Program-made: the position numbers and the translations under genes | Notes under the pieces: generated by a model | Database searches by the model: none | The model's input: the letters and a program-made list of their open reading frames with translations, nothing else | Told to the model about the DNA's origin: nothing | Shown here: in pieces, positions 61,843-64,000 of the stretch | Position numbering within the stretch: the stretch's first letter is position 1 | Layout: each line of letters opens with the position of its first letter | Source: an uncultured Acidobacteriota bacterium | Lineage (GTDB): Bacteria; Acidobacteriota; Vicinamibacteria; Vicinamibacterales; 2-12-FULL-66-21 | DNA length: 64,000 nt | Direction: 5' to 3' | Assembly (NCBI GenBank): GCA_963776315.1 | Contig: CAVZMJ010000004.1 | Coordinates: forward strand, 88,298 to 152,297

Positions 61843-62051
61843 GTGCGCCAGGCATCCTTCGCCTCGACCTGGACGAGCACACGCTGCCGGCGCACGCGAC
61901 GATATCGAACTCGCCATTCCTCGTCGTTCTCACGATGGCGCCGCGATTCTCGAATCACCCGACGTCTCCGAGGAGCGTTGTCACCGACTGCGAGTCGCAC
62001 GCGGCTCGCGGACCTGCGCTGCTTGCGGTAGACTGCCGAACAGGGCAGGAC

Positions 62052-63521
62052 ATGATTCTCATTTTGGAGGCGACCGGGCCGGAGGCCTCGCAGCTCGGAT
62101 CTGCGAGCCGGCGGGAATTCCCCGCAGAGGGCGGCATCATCGGTCGCGACAAGAGCAGCGACTGGGTGTTGCCGCATACGAAGGTGTCCGGCCACCATGC
62201 GCGGATCACGTTCCTGCACGGCCTCTTCCATATCGAGGACACGAGTCGAAACGGCGTCTTCCTCAACTCACCGAAGAATCGACTGGATCGCGGACGGCCG
62301 TACGGACTGAAGTCCGGCGACCGTATCTACATCGATCCCTATGTCATCGACGTGTCTGTTTCGAGCGGACGGAACGAGTCGTCTGGTGAGCACTACTCGG
62401 ACCTTCCCGGTCTGGCCGATCCCTTTGCGCAACCGGGGTTCCATTCCCCCACACCCCCGATCCGATCGGCCAGACGAGACACTCGTCCCGAGGTTGCCCC
62501 CGGTCAGGAAGTGGATCCGCTCAAGTTGCTGGATCCAGCGCTGAATCTCCCCCCTGCACGCAAGGCCCCCAGCGCTCAGGACCTGGAACACGGTTCGCCG
62601 TTTGCCGGTCACTACAAGCCACCCTCGATTCCCACGCCACCGCCGCACGTACCCGCGCCGGGCGCGCCGGTGATTCCGCCGGACTACGATCCGATGAGTC
62701 CGGATGTCCCCGTCATCGAAGCCCCACCGCGCTCGGTGCCGCGAGAGGACTATCGATCGGTGGCTGAATCGCACATCGATATCGATATTCCTCTGCCCAC
62801 CGCGCCACCGCCCGCGCGAATCGTTCACACACCGACGCCGCCTGCTCCTGCCGTCGTCAGAAGAGCCGCCGAGGACGCACGCACTCCCGCAGTCGACCGC
62901 GAGTCTCACACGTCGGCGCTGGCGGCGGTACTGGCGGGCGCCGGGCTCGACAACGTCGCCGTCACCGACGAGTTCGCGAGGGACTTCGGCGAGATTCTGC
63001 GGGTCGTGGTATCGGGCGTCATGGACGTGTTGAGGTCCCGCCAGCAGATCAAGGACGAGTTTCGGATGCGCCTGACGCAGTTCAGGCCTGCCGACAACAA
63101 CCCGCTCAAGTTCTCCGCCAACGTCGACGATGCCCTGCACAACCTGCTCGTCAAGCGCAATGCCGCGTATCTGGCGCCAGTCGAGGCGTTCGAAGACGCG
63201 TTCGACGACTTGCGCCATCACCAGATCGCCATGCTGGCCGGCATGCGCGTGGCTTTCGAAGCGATGCTGGCCGCGTTCGATGCGGACCATCTCCAGCAGG
63301 AGTTCGATCGTCAGCTCAAGAGGGGCTCGTTGCTCGGAGTGACCGCCAAGCTTCGTTACTGGGATCTATACTCCGACAAGTGCCGGCAGCTCTCCAAAGA
63401 TCCGGACACGAGTTTTCGCAAGCTGTTCGGCGAAGAGTTCGCCAAGGCTTACGAAGAGCAGCTCACGCGGCTCAAAGGCGAGAGTCGCGCTTCCGACGGT
63501 GTGGCCAAGCCGTCGGAGTAA
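62052..63521 (+). CDS. tagH: Type VI secretion system-associated FHA-domain protein TagH
   Basis: ATG at 62052. The N-terminal FHA domain reads 'GGIIGRDKSSDWVLPHTKVSGHHARITFLHGLFHIEDTSRNGVFLN'. A Pro-rich linker follows, then the C-terminus 'FRPADNNPLKFSANVDDALHNLL...HQIAMLAGMRVAFEAML', typical of TagH. Confidence 0.8.
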   Translation: MILILEATGPEASQLGSASRREFPAEGGIIGRDKSSDWVLPHTKVSGHHARITFLHGLFHIEDTSRNGVFLNSPKNRLDRGRPYGLKSGDRIYIDPYVIDVSVSSGRNESSGEHYSDLPGLADPFAQPGFHSPTPPIRSARRDTRPEVAPGQEVDPLKLLDPALNLPPARKAPSAQDLEHGSPFAGHYKPPSIPTPPPHVPAPGAPVIPPDYDPMSPDVPVIEAPPRSVPREDYRSVAESHIDIDIPLPTAPPPARIVHTPTPPAPAVVRRAAEDARTPAVDRESHTSALAAVLAGAGLDNVAVTDEFARDFGEILRVVVSGVMDVLRSRQQIKDEFRMRLTQFRPADNNPLKFSANVDDALHNLLVKRNAAYLAPVEAFEDAFDDLRHHQIAMLAGMRVAFEAMLAAFDADHLQQEFDRQLKRGSLLGVTAKLRYWDLYSDKCRQLSKDPDTSFRKLFGEEFAKAYEEQLTRLKGESRASDGVAKPSE

Positions 63522-63676
63522 CCGTTGGCGTCTATTTGAGATAGATTGTCAGCCCATCGCCTCTCCGCGGGCGACGTGCCGGCCTCGGGGATGTGTTCAA
63601 CCTGGACGCCTGAGCGTGCCCCCGACCCATCGAGTTGACGGTTCCGAACTGCATTGAGGAATCAGAAGAGCGCCGC

Positions 63677-64000
63677 ATGTCAGCCTACAACAAAGTCGTG
63701 TGGTCTGAGGGACTGTTCCTGCAGCCTCAGCACTTCCAGCAGCAGGACCGCTATTTCGAGCGCTACGTCGAGACCCGGTGTCATGGGCTCATTCCGCACA
63801 GCTGGGGTTTCACCGAGATCGAGATCGAACGTGACTTTCTGAGCATCGGCAAGTTCGGGCTGAGGCGTCTCGCCGGCGTGTTCCCGGATGGCACGCCGTT
63901 CCGCATGCCCGAAGACGATCCGCTGCCGGAGCCGATTGACGTCACCACCAACACCCGCGATCAGGTCCTCTACCTCGCGGTACCGCTGCGTCGCTCCGGC
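63677..64000 (+). CDS. tssK: Type VI secretion baseplate subunit TssK; 5' partial, runs off the window
   Basis: 'VVWSEGLFLQPQHFQQQDRYFE...GFTEIEIERDFLSIGKFGLRRLAGVFPDGTPF' is the canonical TssK N-terminus. It is absent from the ORF track because no stop falls in the window. Confidence 0.85.
   Translation, partial: MSAYNKVVWSEGLFLQPQHFQQQDRYFERYVETRCHGLIPHSWGFTEIEIERDFLSIGKFGLRRLAGVFPDGTPFRMPEDDPLPEPIDVTTNTRDQVLYLAVPLRRSG

Overview
High-GC bacterial chromosome segment, most likely Acidobacteriota. The basis is two intact and two remnant ADOP-type duplicated FtsX permeases, one of them paired with PadR. Left to right: a heavily frame-broken DUF4062-NACHT-FGE STAND gene; tctCBA; PadR plus an ADOP permease; an Xre/RES toxin-antitoxin pair; a methyltransferase, GT2 and GT-C envelope glycosylation operon; a PQQ dehydrogenase; a Gfo/Idh/MocA oxidoreductase; inverted arrays of a 14-nt repeat around a permease remnant; a HipA-like kinase plus DUF3037 pair; a second ADOP permease; a nucleotidyltransferase pair and vapBC; mgtE; a broken permease; assorted secreted or periplasmic enzymes (CRTAC1-like, MBL hydrolase, beta-helix protein, DmpA peptidase, sulfatase, GDSL lipase); a small FRG plus GIY-YIG islet beside tRNA-Leu; secG-tpiA-pgk-gap; an LPS inner-core and heptose cluster (waaA, lpxK, acyltransferase, waaF, gmhB, hldA, hldC, waaC); and tRNA-Val and tRNA-Asp. 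The best candidate for a novel system follows the tRNAs: a translationally coupled pair on the minus strand, a TIR protein with an uncharacterised helical domain (59352-60845) and a 1662-aa STAND NTPase with a TM helix, coiled coil, WD40-like propellers and a helical tail (54367-59355). A mobile-element scar and the start of a type VI secretion locus (tagH, tssK) lie beyond it. Caveats: about 25 or more genes or segments only make sense after a reading-frame change, including core LPS genes, so many apparent pseudogenes may be indel errors. Intergenic regions are full of short word-like repeats. Long antisense ORFs in the track are GC-driven shadows. All domain calls come from motif recognition by eye and no searches were run.
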